From contig JBNKBE010000007.1 of NCBI GenBank assembly GCA_050287085.1, positions 160,001 to 224,000 on the forward strand: a stretch of 64,000 nt of DNA, given 5' to 3'. The stretch is from Polyangiaceae bacterium. Its GTDB lineage: Bacteria > Myxococcota_A > Polyangia > Polyangiales > Polyangiaceae. This document shows, piece by piece, positions 41,215-50,573 of the stretch. Position numbers and translations under genes: made by a program. Under the pieces are notes generated by a model that saw nothing but the letters and a program-made list of their open reading frames with translations, had not been told where the DNA came from and searched no databases. Position 1 is the stretch's first letter; each line of letters begins with the position of its first letter.

Positions 41215-42102
41215 CTAGCGCGCAGCGCGAACGCCCGCCACGATTCCCCAGGTCCAATACCCTTCCCCACCGCGCGGCACGCTTTCAACTTCGACCTCAT
41301 AGCGTCGTCGCAGCAGGCTCGCATCCCCCCCTAAGAACACGGAAATCGCGTTCGTGACCGGGGCGAATAGCGTCACATTGGAGCGGCCCCCCAGACGTAC
41401 GAGTTGTTCCTGCTCGCGTCCCAAGCTCGGATTCTTGGCTTCCAGCTCGATCCGTTGGATTAATGCACCGGTAGACAATTCCGCCCATAGGGGAAAATTT
41501 GAGCTCTCGAGGTGTAAAGTCATTCCGAGGACGCCTTCAAACCACAAGGCGTCCGGGCGCGCTGAGCTCGCTGACGCAAGCCCCTGAGCATATGCGCCGA
41601 CGGGGAGGCTTACCGGTCGCAGCCACAGACCCAAGCCGCCCCCCGTTTTCCACGGCAGGCCGGTTAGGCCGGGACCCAGTCGGAACATCGCGTCCGCGCC
41701 CCAGTGAACCGCTGGTGGGCGGAGCTGCGGAGGGACTGGGGAGAGCATGGGAATGGGCTGCGGTGCGGGATCGCGCGCCCCGGCAACCACTTGGGAGACG
41801 ACGAGAAGTCCGATCGCGCGGTAGCGCTGGTCGAGGGGGTCCTCCGGCGAAAACTCAACATTCCTCACGGCGTGCAGCGGCCCGCGAGCATTGCCGCGGT
41901 GCAGTTCCACATGGGCCGTCAAGTCGTCGGGATCCGTCCAGGCGATGGTGACGTACCAGGTGGCGGCGGCGCCGGCTTCGGCAGCGGAACGGCAATGTCC
42001 AACCCCGAGCACAAGGCGACAGCTGTCGATGGCTGCACTGGCCCCCGCGTGCTCCGCAGGCAGCTCCATCACCACCACTTCTTGGGGTGCCATTACCGGC
42101 AT
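41215..42102 (-). CDS. Hypothetical protein of the ECF locus; C-terminal half resembles an outer-membrane beta-barrel
   Basis: Alternating amphipathic beta strands ending WGIVAGVRAAR; co-oriented upstream of the sigma factor; start uncertain. Confidence 0.55.
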   Translation of the reverse strand: MPVMAPQEVVVMELPAEHAGASAAIDSCRLVLGVGHCRSAAEAGAAATWYVTIAWTDPDDLTAHVELHRGNARGPLHAVRNVEFSPEDPLDQRYRAIGLLVVSQVVAGARDPAPQPIPMLSPVPPQLRPPAVHWGADAMFRLGPGLTGLPWKTGGGLGLWLRPVSLPVGAYAQGLASASSARPDALWFEGVLGMTLHLESSNFPLWAELSTGALIQRIELEAKNPSLGREQEQLVRLGGRSNVTLFAPVTNAISVFLGGDASLLRRRYEVEVESVPRGGEGYWTWGIVAGVRAAR

Positions 42103-42327
42103 TGGCCTCGCAGCATAGTCGCCCCTGGGCGCGCTGGCGTAGCGATATTCGCGCGTGCAGGATTTATGCGCACGTGGAGCCGGCTCGCCAGAGTATTCCT
42201 CGTGTTGGTGGAGGTAGGCGCGGAGCCGTGCCAAACTGCATGGCCCATGCCGCACGCCGCGTCTCAATCGGTCGACTCTTGCGCCCCTGGTACCCGCATT
42301 GCGTTGGGGCGACGCGACGTTACCGCG

Positions 42328-43350
42328 ATGCGTTTGGCTCGCGTGCGTGTGCTGCTCCCCCGCGCAAGTGCGGTCTTAGCCTCGCTAGGTATCCTCGCAT
42401 GCGGTGAGACCAGCTTCATCAAGCTACTTCCACTTGAGGTGGGCCAGCCCCAGCACCCGGGTGGAGTGCCAGGGGCTGGCGCTGGAGGTCGGAGCGGAGA
42501 GGACGAGATGCCCACCGGCGCGAGCGGCGCCGCACAAGAGGCGGGCGCTGGCGGAATGGGGGATCTGGTCGACACGCCAGAGTTAACGGACGCTGGGATT
42601 GCAGGTCGTGACTCGGGTGTGTTGCCGAGCGTTGACGCGGCGGGAGTTGATGGCGGTGGCATGTCGCCGGCTATCAATCTGGTCCATCATTATGACTTTT
42701 CGGGTACCGGCGACATCGTCAAGGATCTAGTCGGGGACGCGGACGGTATTGTGCTCGGGGGCGCAGAGCTCGATGGGTCCGGTACACTATGGCTGGACGG
42801 CGTAGACGACTACGTGGACCTGCCTGATGGCTTCATCTCCAGGCTGGATGCCGTGACCGTGACCGCGTGGATCGTGTGGGGCGGTGGTGAGTGCTGGCAA
42901 CGCGTGTTCGACTTTGGTGACACGGAGGCAGGCGTGGACGTCGCTACGGTGGCATCGAGCTCGCTATTTCTGACGCCGTCCTCGTGTCCGGTATCCCATG
43001 TGGGCCGCGTTACGCCGGCGGTCATATCGGGTCAATTCCACGTGGGAAACAGCGTCTACAACGTACAGCTCGATATTCAGGCTCCCGCTGAAAAGCGGTC
43101 CTTCTTGGCGCTTTCCGCCCACCCGGGTGCAACGCGAGGGTTAACATTGTTCTCCGACGGCCAGACCAGTCGTCTGCCGGCTCCCCTCGACGTCTCGCGA
43201 ATCCAGGACAAGAACAACTGGCTAGGACGTTCGCAGTGGTCGGCGGATCCCTACCTCCTAGGCGGGCTGGAGGAGATCAAGATCTACGACCTGGCGCTTG
43301 AAGAAGAACAACTACAAGCCTTGTACGAGGCAGAGCTGGGCCAACCCTGA
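42328..43350 (+). CDS. LamG/concanavalin A-like domain lipoprotein
   Basis: ILAC lipobox; LVHHYDF, LDGVDDYVDLP, WQRVFDFG, NWLGRSQW.ADP, IYD.AL. Confidence 0.85.
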   Translation: MRLARVRVLLPRASAVLASLGILACGETSFIKLLPLEVGQPQHPGGVPGAGAGGRSGEDEMPTGASGAAQEAGAGGMGDLVDTPELTDAGIAGRDSGVLPSVDAAGVDGGGMSPAINLVHHYDFSGTGDIVKDLVGDADGIVLGGAELDGSGTLWLDGVDDYVDLPDGFISRLDAVTVTAWIVWGGGECWQRVFDFGDTEAGVDVATVASSSLFLTPSSCPVSHVGRVTPAVISGQFHVGNSVYNVQLDIQAPAEKRSFLALSAHPGATRGLTLFSDGQTSRLPAPLDVSRIQDKNNWLGRSQWSADPYLLGGLEEIKIYDLALEEEQLQALYEAELGQP

Positions 43351-43557
43351 ACCTCGAAGTCGGGCAGCTTTCGCAGCGAATGGGGTATCCGGGTCGAGAC
43401 GCGTACGCCACGTCGAACCGCTTCTCGACCCAGAAGCATGAAGGGGCGCAAGCCTCGAGAATGGTGTCGCACCGGCGGGCAGCCATCGCAGGGCTGCGGG
43501 TGAACGACGCGGGTGCGCCATAGAGACTTACCCACGTCGCCGGTCAACTGAGCCGAG

Positions 43558-44283
43558 CTATTCGACGCCTAGCCCCTTCTTGAGCTTGCCCTGCTCACGC
43601 AGCTCCTTCTGCTCGCTGTAGCGCACGCTCAGCGCGTCTCGGCGACCGCAAAGGAGCACCGTGAAGCGAAAGAGTTCTTCACATACGTCCACTACGCGGT
43701 CGCGATAGGCGGACGGCTTCATGCGTCCATCGTCGTCAAACTCACGCCAAGCTTGAGGAATCGACGACTGATTGGGGATCACGAACATGCGCATCCAGCG
43801 ACCGAGGATCCGCAGTTGATTGACAGCATTGTACGACTGCGAACCTCCAGAGACCTCCATCACGGCTACGGTGCGCCCTTGCGTCGGGCGTACAGCACCG
43901 TCGGAGAGCGGGATCCAGTCGATCTGGTTCTTAAACGCCGCTGTCATACTTCCATGTTGCTCGGGCGAGATCCAAACGTGACCATCGGCCCACAACGCGA
44001 GCTTGCGCAAGCGTACCACTTCCGGGTGATCGTTTGAGGTGCGATCAAAGACCGGCAGCTCATGCGGATGAAAGATCTCTACCTCCGCCCCAAAGCGGGC
44101 CAAGACACGCTCGACCTCGATTGCGAGCTTGCGGCTGAAGCTGCTTTCTCGTAGCGAGCCGTATAGGACCAAGACGCGCGGACGTTGAACCGCTTCTGGT
44201 AGACCTAGCTCTCGTCGGACGCTTTCCAGCGAATGATGAGGTAGATCGTCGTCGATATGCGAGGCATCGGCGTTTTCGTTCAT
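43558..44283 (-). CDS. arsH: NADPH-dependent FMN reductase ArsH
   Basis: [60 protein letters not shown]. Confidence 0.93.
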   Translation of the reverse strand: MNENADASHIDDDLPHHSLESVRRELGLPEAVQRPRVLVLYGSLRESSFSRKLAIEVERVLARFGAEVEIFHPHELPVFDRTSNDHPEVVRLRKLALWADGHVWISPEQHGSMTAAFKNQIDWIPLSDGAVRPTQGRTVAVMEVSGGSQSYNAVNQLRILGRWMRMFVIPNQSSIPQAWREFDDDGRMKPSAYRDRVVDVCEELFRFTVLLCGRRDALSVRYSEQKELREQGKLKKGLGVE

Positions 44284-44558
44284 GGGCTATGTCCTGGGAC
44301 GCCCGTGGAGCAGAGCGCCTGCAATGCCGCTCCCTAGCGAGCGACAAGCGCCTTGTCCAGCGCTACGCGTTGGCTGAAGCTTCGATCGGAGGTGCGGTGA
44401 GCGAGCTCGCGCCCGCGGTTTGGGTTCGGTTCTAGGGGGCCGGTTGCAGCACCGCCTTGCTGATGATCGCGTGCGGGCAGCGAGGGTACTGGTTCGGTCG
44501 GGACCGGGATCGTTGGACGGCTCAATGGGGACGGTAGATGTAACAGCCAAGCGCCGCC

Positions 44559-45194
44559 CTAGAGGCGGTCTAGAGCAAGGGATAGGAGCTGGACCGAGCT
44601 ATCGTGGACCTGCAAGCGCACGGTGAGCGCGTAGCCCGGGCGCGTGGTGCGGATCGTCACGGGCTCATCTTCGGGCAGGTATTCATCGGGGTGCTGGTCT
44701 TCGATTTCGAAAAGCCAAGGGTAGGCGCCGTATACCGAGAAGCCGACCTCATCGTAGGACAGGCGCAGCACGGGCTCGAGCGTCGCTTCGTCGCTCTCAG
44801 CGTTGTCAAGGAGCGCATAACGTCCCCCCTCGACGTCTACATGTAGGCTGATGCTTCCAGAATCGAGACCCGCATCAACCCTGCGCACTGTTGCTCTATC
44901 CGGTCCGTCGGCTCCGCCGTCCAGCGCCGTGAGCGAAGTGGGCTCAGGTGTGCGCACTACGCTGGCATCCCGCTCATTGTGCTGGGGGGCCGGCGCGGCG
45001 CTATCGGTCATCTGAGGGAGCCCGGACGGGTCTTGGCCCAGGGTCGGCTGAGCGCGGTCGCCTGTGCTGGCGTCCGCGCTAGCTTCTTCTGCGCTCAGTA
45101 GCGGCCGGGACGAAGGCTCGCCCTCTACGGTGCAGCCGCCCATCGCCAGTCCGAGCTCCGACGTGATGTACACTACACACATCCACCTATTCAT
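44559..45194 (-). CDS. Hypothetical probable lipoprotein
   Basis: AMGGC lipobox-like site, low-complexity linker, small beta-rich C-terminal domain; start uncertain. Confidence 0.55.
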   Translation of the reverse strand: MNRWMCVVYITSELGLAMGGCTVEGEPSSRPLLSAEEASADASTGDRAQPTLGQDPSGLPQMTDSAAPAPQHNERDASVVRTPEPTSLTALDGGADGPDRATVRRVDAGLDSGSISLHVDVEGGRYALLDNAESDEATLEPVLRLSYDEVGFSVYGAYPWLFEIEDQHPDEYLPEDEPVTIRTTRPGYALTVRLQVHDSSVQLLSLALDRL

Positions 45195-45526
45195 GCGCAC
45201 GAATATCGCCTTTGTGTTCGAACTCTGCATTGAGCTTAGCCCTGACTTGCTCTGCGCGCCCGCGAACCCAGCCGACATTTTCCGACATAGGGAAGCCCCG
45301 GGGAGCAGGTCAGCTTTTTCGACGCGACACCGCTGACATTGGACTGCACGCATCGTTCCGAATGCTCAAACGTGCCGGGAGTGTGCCAAAACGCGTCACG
45401 TGTCGCGCTGGGTTGAAGCTGTCATCAACTTCAAGCCTCGAACGCCGCTCTCCACGTTCGTCCGTCACACGTCGCTGTGGCAGTGTATTTATGTCTGATG
45501 GCTACGGCCGAACATAAGAGCGAGGC

Positions 45527-45976
45527 ATGACTAGCAAGATGGGATTCTTAGCGCAGCAGAGGTGGATCGGGGTGTTGCTCTTTGGAGGTGCTCTGATGTG
45601 GGGCTGTAGTGACGACCCTCGGGCCGCTCTTGCGCTCGATGACGACGCGGACGCTGGTGCGTTGGGCCAGCTGTGTGTCGACAAGGATCGTGATGGTTAC
45701 GGTCGTGGTTGTGAGCTCGGTCCGGATTGCGACGACAACGACGTGGACTCAACGACCGAGTGCCGCGTTGCCACGTGCGAGAAGACTCCCACTGCCGAGG
45801 GCTGCCCTTGCGAGGGCGAGGCGGTCGCCGACTGTGAACACGTGACCAAGAAGTTCGGCGACAAAGTTATCTGTGGCTATGGGGCACGCGTGTGCAACGA
45901 GGGGAAGTGGTCTGAGTGTCGGATTGTGGGGGTACGGGTACGCAGTAGCTTGGAGGACGAGCCCGTCACCCAATGA
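45527..45976 (+). CDS. Small Cys-rich lipoprotein, paralogous to the N-terminal module of the next gene
   Basis: MWGC lipobox; C.D.D.DGYGRGCELGPDCDD...EGCPCEG...VICGYGA..CN.G.W.ECR.VGVR shared with the downstream protein. Confidence 0.85.
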   Translation: MTSKMGFLAQQRWIGVLLFGGALMWGCSDDPRAALALDDDADAGALGQLCVDKDRDGYGRGCELGPDCDDNDVDSTTECRVATCEKTPTAEGCPCEGEAVADCEHVTKKFGDKVICGYGARVCNEGKWSECRIVGVRVRSSLEDEPVTQ

Positions 45977-46044
45977 TGTGTGAGGTCGGAGCGACAGCTG
46001 CCGGCGGTCCCGAGAACGCCTTGGCAAACAAGAAGATAAACCCC

Positions 46045-49000
46045 ATGAAGACCTGGTTAAAATCGCTGGGTGTAGCCCTCTTGTCGTGCACTATGAGCGC
46101 GCTGTCGAACGGCTGTACTGAGGCTGGGCGCCCTGGCCTCGCAACGACCGATGCCGGCGTGGGTCTAGCCAGACCGCTGTGCGCGGACCAGGACGGTGAC
46201 GGTTATGGTCGTGGTTGCGAGCTGGGTCCTGACTGCGACGACGCCGACACTCGCGTCACCATCGAATGTCGTGCGGCGACCTGCGAGGCGAACCCGCTGA
46301 GTGAGGGCTGTCCTTGCGAGGGGAACGCGGTTTCGGACTGCGGCAAGGTGACACAGTACTACGGAGACCACGTGATCTGCGGCTATGGGGCGCAGCTCTG
46401 CAATGACGGAATGTGGACTGAGTGCCGGTTGGTTGGAGTTCGACCTACGCGCAATCTGAGTGCGCTAGGGGCGCCCGCCGAGTGCTTAGCCAATCCGTGT
46501 GATCCCGATTGCAAGGAATTCACTACTGAGCCGGGGTATGTGCTGAGCGCAAACCCGGATGCCTGCAACATCGAGCCATCGTGTCAGGATGGTCAACAGA
46601 ACCAAGATGAAACGGGGATCGACTGCGGGGGTAGCTGCCAGCGAGACTGCGCTGTTGAAGCGACCGTGCTCAGCTCTACCTTCACCAGCGCAGGGTCATT
46701 CGTATTCCAGTCGAATCTCTTCCGTACGCCGGGCACACCCAACGTGGCGAGCGGGACGATTGCGGGCGGCGTGGCGACTGTCAATTTGGGGTCGGATACG
46801 GCGGCATTGGACGTATCCGGTGGGTTTAGTAGCGACTTCAGCGCCGACGCTCCCGCCACCGTTCATGTTGAGTACACCGTTCATGTCGATTCGGCGTTCG
46901 CGCCTACCGAATGTGTTCAAGTCTTGCTCAGCGTCGACGGCGTGTTGTACGGGGACGGTGGTAGTGACGCGGTCTTCGAGATGTGTGGCGGGGGTGATCA
47001 CGCTGGGGTCTTTGATGTAACGACCAATCTGTTAACCCCTGGGACGCATACCCTGGCGCTCGGGGGCTACATCGCCCAGAACGCGGGGCATTCAGCGGCG
47101 CCGTTGACGCTCACCTTTGATAACCTAAGGGTCACCACCTTTGGCGTGGGCCAGTGTGGTAACGGGACATGTTTGGGCGCCGAGACGTGCGCCAACTGTG
47201 CGACTGACTGCGGTGACTGTCCGCCCACCAACTACTGCGGGGATGGCGCTTGCGGCGGCGGCGAGACCTGCTCCAACTGCGCGACTGACTGCGGCGGCTG
47301 CCCGTCGGCCTGCGGCAACGGACTTTGCACTGGCGTCGAGGCCTGCGACACGTGCGCGACGGACTGTGGGGCGTGCACGACGCTGCTTGGGAACGGGGTC
47401 TGCGATCCCGGTGAGACATGCAGCAACGCCGCCCTCGATTGCGGCGCCTGCTATTGCGGAGATGCCGTTTGCGGTACAGGTGAGAGCTGCTCCAACTGCG
47501 CGAAGGATTGCGGCGCGTGTGCGCTCTGCGGTGATGGCGTGTGCGAGGGAGCGGAGAGCTGCACTACATGCGAATCAGACTGCGGTGGGTGCGCGCCGGC
47601 ACTTTCCCCCGGGGGTGAAGTCTACCTCGAGGCAGAGTGTCCCTTCTGGTCACAGAACGCTTATGCCCCAAGCGCAGCGGTCACCGACGGCAGCGTGGTT
47701 GCGTTGGTAAGCGTGGACAACAGCACGAGCGAGCCGACCGACGGGGATATGGGTCGGGACTGGGCCCGATATCGCTTCGAACTGACCGCTGGGGTGTACA
47801 ATGTGTACTTTCGCGTGTTGATTCCGACCAGCCCCGGAATGGCCTACGAGAATGACTCGTGGTTCTGGCGCATCAGCGGCGCAACGGCGGGGTGGGTTAC
47901 GGAAAACAACTGGACTGGCACCGCCTACCACTGGATTTCAGCGGGTGGAGGGGCGACATACCCGCTCGCGGCAGGCGTTTATGAGCTGGACCTAGTCAAT
48001 CGGGAAAACGACGTACGTATCGACCGCATCGCGATTGTGCGCAGTGCGGAGCCGGCGCCCTCGGCCGAGGGTGCCGCTGCCGACAACTGTACCGGGCTAT
48101 TCACCTGCGGCAATGGGACCTGCGATGCCGGCGAGAGCTGCGAGACGTGCGCCGCGGATTGCGGCACCTGCTACTGCGGCGACGGGTCTTGTGGCGGGGG
48201 TGAGACGTGTGCAGATTGCAGCTCGGACTGTGGGGACTGCACGGTTCCACTCTGCGGCAACGGGAGCTGCACAGGTGATGAGACCTGCTATACGTGTGCC
48301 GCAGACTGCGGCGCTTGCCCAAGGTGCGGGGACGACACCTGTGACGCTGGCGAAGACTGCAGCAGTTGCGCCGCAGACTGCGGCGCTTGCGCGGTCATCG
48401 AACGCTGTGGCAACGGAACGTGCAACGCCTCGACGGAAGACTGCAGCAGTTGCGCCGCAGACTGCGGCGCATGCCCCTTCGTTCAGACCTGCGGCAACGG
48501 TACGTGCGAGACATCGGAAGACTGCGCGCTGTGTGCGACCGATTGCGGTCCGTGTACGGCAGGCTTGTGCGGAGACGATATCTGCAATGTGACGGAGAAC
48601 TGTGGGTCATGCCCCGGGGATTGCGGCGAGTGTTATCCGATGTGCGCGGCGATTGCGGCGGGCTGCGGAGACGCGACCTGCGACGCGTCGGGAGGCGAGA
48701 CCTGTTCCAATTGCGCGACCGATTGTGGCGAGTGCATCGCGAGCGGGGCGTGCGGCGACAGCACCTGTGACGCGACGGAGGGGGAGGATTGTTCGACTTG
48801 CACGGCCGATTGCGGCGCCTGCACGCCGGTCCGAGAGTGCGGCGACGGCTTGTGCGAGCCGAGCATTGGTGAGAGTTGTTCGTCGTGCGACACGGACTGC
48901 GGGGTTTGCACCACCACGCCAAACACCGTATGCGGCGACAGCGCGTGTTCCATCTACGAAACGTGCAGTAGCTGCGCCGCAGATTGCGGAGCATGTCCAG

Positions 49001-50463
49001 CTTCCGGCACAGGGGAGCCGTTCAACGGCGGGATCATCGCGACCGGCAACATGAACCTGTCGGGCGATCGCATCATCGTCAACGGCGATATTACTGGGCA
49101 AACCCTATCGATCGGCAACGACTCTGTCATCAACGGTAGTGTCAACGTGAAGGGCAACGCGAGCTTCGGTTGGCGCGACAGCGTCAGCGGCTCGCTGCGC
49201 GTTGAGGGTACTCTGTACAGCCAAGGGCCGATCTCCAACGCGACGGTTGAGTATCCGGCTTCGGTCACCTTGGAGACACCTCCCGTCATTGCAGCGTATC
49301 CGGGTACGACGAGCGTATATCTGGGACCGGACCAGATCGGCAGCATTCCACCTGGAGCCTACGCCAACCTCAGTGTTGAGTCGCGCACCAACATGACGTT
49401 CAGCACGGGCGTCTACCACTTCAATTCGGTCTGGATTTCGCCAGATGCGGACCTCGTCTTCGACGTTTCAGCAGGCCCCATCGAGTGGCGCGTGAAGAAT
49501 AACATCACGCTATCGAGCCGCATTGACTACATATTCTCGGGAGGCGCCAACACGCAGTTTGGGCTGTTTTCCGAGGGCGATATCACCTTGGAGCCGGACG
49601 GAAACTTCCCGTCGGCGCTCTACGCGCCGAACGGCACGGTTTCTGTTCAAAGCCGGGTAGTCGTCAGTGGTGGTATCGCGGCCAAGGACATCTATCTGGC
49701 TCCCGATATCACGATTGGCGTGGGTTCTTTCAATCTGGGATGGGGTGCCACGAGCGCAGCTGCGCCCCCACCCGACCCCGTGTGTGGGGATGGCGAGTGC
49801 ACACCTGAAACGGGTGAGTCCTGCAGTGGGTGTTCGGCGGACTGCGCCGCTTGTGAAACGCTGCCGAGCTGCGGTGATGGCAGCTGCCAGGCGGGTTCGG
49901 CGGAAAGTTGTAGTACGTGCGCTGCCGACTGCGGGGCGTGCCCGGCTTTTGTCGGATGCGGAGACTCCACTTGCGACAGTGGAGAGACCTGTACGAGCTG
50001 CGCTGCCGACTGTGGGCCGTGTCCGCCGGCGGGGGCCACTGAGCCTCTCTACGAGACGGTGAGTTTTCAGCAGGACTACGACATCCGCGACCAATGTCGT
50101 TTCGATCAGGCACCGCTCTGGGCGAACCTGTCTTGGGACACGGTGACCCCTAGCGATACCCGCGTAGAAATCTACTTCAGCTCGGCCGATTCTGAAGCCA
50201 ACTTGGCCACGGCGCCTGAGACATTGGTTGCAGTGGCCGCGAGCAGCGCGGTCAATGGAGGATGGCTCTTTGGTCCGCCAGCGGAGGAAACCACTACCAC
50301 GGTGGGCAGTCAGTATCTCGACGCAGTCCACTTGGTGGAAGAGTTGTATCGGCACAACCCGTTTGGCCGCGTCCGAATGCAGCTGGTGCCGAGCAGCGAC
50401 GGTCTTCAGTACCCGCAGGTGGCTGCGATGAACGTTCAGGCAAGCTGCGAAATCGTTCAATAG
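46045..50463 (+). CDS. Giant Cys-rich repeat surface lipoprotein (~1472 aa)
   Basis: Signal peptide with SNGC; 20 CG(N/D)xxC...ExCxxCxxDCGxC repeats in blocks of 6, 11 and 3, separated by beta-sandwich/CBM-like and beta-solenoid-like domains. Confidence 0.9.
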   Translation: MKTWLKSLGVALLSCTMSALSNGCTEAGRPGLATTDAGVGLARPLCADQDGDGYGRGCELGPDCDDADTRVTIECRAATCEANPLSEGCPCEGNAVSDCGKVTQYYGDHVICGYGAQLCNDGMWTECRLVGVRPTRNLSALGAPAECLANPCDPDCKEFTTEPGYVLSANPDACNIEPSCQDGQQNQDETGIDCGGSCQRDCAVEATVLSSTFTSAGSFVFQSNLFRTPGTPNVASGTIAGGVATVNLGSDTAALDVSGGFSSDFSADAPATVHVEYTVHVDSAFAPTECVQVLLSVDGVLYGDGGSDAVFEMCGGGDHAGVFDVTTNLLTPGTHTLALGGYIAQNAGHSAAPLTLTFDNLRVTTFGVGQCGNGTCLGAETCANCATDCGDCPPTNYCGDGACGGGETCSNCATDCGGCPSACGNGLCTGVEACDTCATDCGACTTLLGNGVCDPGETCSNAALDCGACYCGDAVCGTGESCSNCAKDCGACALCGDGVCEGAESCTTCESDCGGCAPALSPGGEVYLEAECPFWSQNAYAPSAAVTDGSVVALVSVDNSTSEPTDGDMGRDWARYRFELTAGVYNVYFRVLIPTSPGMAYENDSWFWRISGATAGWVTENNWTGTAYHWISAGGGATYPLAAGVYELDLVNRENDVRIDRIAIVRSAEPAPSAEGAAADNCTGLFTCGNGTCDAGESCETCAADCGTCYCGDGSCGGGETCADCSSDCGDCTVPLCGNGSCTGDETCYTCAADCGACPRCGDDTCDAGEDCSSCAADCGACAVIERCGNGTCNASTEDCSSCAADCGACPFVQTCGNGTCETSEDCALCATDCGPCTAGLCGDDICNVTENCGSCPGDCGECYPMCAAIAAGCGDATCDASGGETCSNCATDCGECIASGACGDSTCDATEGEDCSTCTADCGACTPVRECGDGLCEPSIGESCSSCDTDCGVCTTTPNTVCGDSACSIYETCSSCAADCGACPASGTGEPFNGGIIATGNMNLSGDRIIVNGDITGQTLSIGNDSVINGSVNVKGNASFGWRDSVSGSLRVEGTLYSQGPISNATVEYPASVTLETPPVIAAYPGTTSVYLGPDQIGSIPPGAYANLSVESRTNMTFSTGVYHFNSVWISPDADLVFDVSAGPIEWRVKNNITLSSRIDYIFSGGANTQFGLFSEGDITLEPDGNFPSALYAPNGTVSVQSRVVVSGGIAAKDIYLAPDITIGVGSFNLGWGATSAAAPPPDPVCGDGECTPETGESCSGCSADCAACETLPSCGDGSCQAGSAESCSTCAADCGACPAFVGCGDSTCDSGETCTSCAADCGPCPPAGATEPLYETVSFQQDYDIRDQCRFDQAPLWANLSWDTVTPSDTRVEIYFSSADSEANLATAPETLVAVAASSAVNGGWLFGPPAEETTTTVGSQYLDAVHLVEELYRHNPFGRVRMQLVPSSDGLQYPQVAAMNVQASCEIVQ

Positions 50464-50573
50464 CAACCGCCGCTTGGGGCCCTCGAATGGGAAAGTCAGT
50501 CGCAAGCCACTCGAGACCGCCCGCCCCAGCGGAAGATCGGGCGGCGTCGGATGACCTTCCCGTTCGCGGACTC

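Noticed and set aside
43391..43431. Inverted repeat GGGTCGAGA...TCTCGACCC between convergent genes
   Set aside because: Single copy, large loop and no U-tract; cannot be called a terminator or REP element.
44334..44525. 63-aa ORF upstream of arsH as an ArsR-like regulator
   Set aside because: No HTH or Cys motif; coding status is unsupported.
45373..45389. Other sigma54-like motifs (minus-strand TTGGCACACTCCCGGCA here; also near 5237 and 8696)
   Set aside because: The GG-N10-GC spacing is right, but the -12 elements are poor and there is no supporting context.
45527..46450. Duplicated segment as a diversity-generating retroelement TR/VR pair
   Set aside because: Differences are not adenine-specific, both copies are coding N-terminal modules, and no reverse transcriptase is present.
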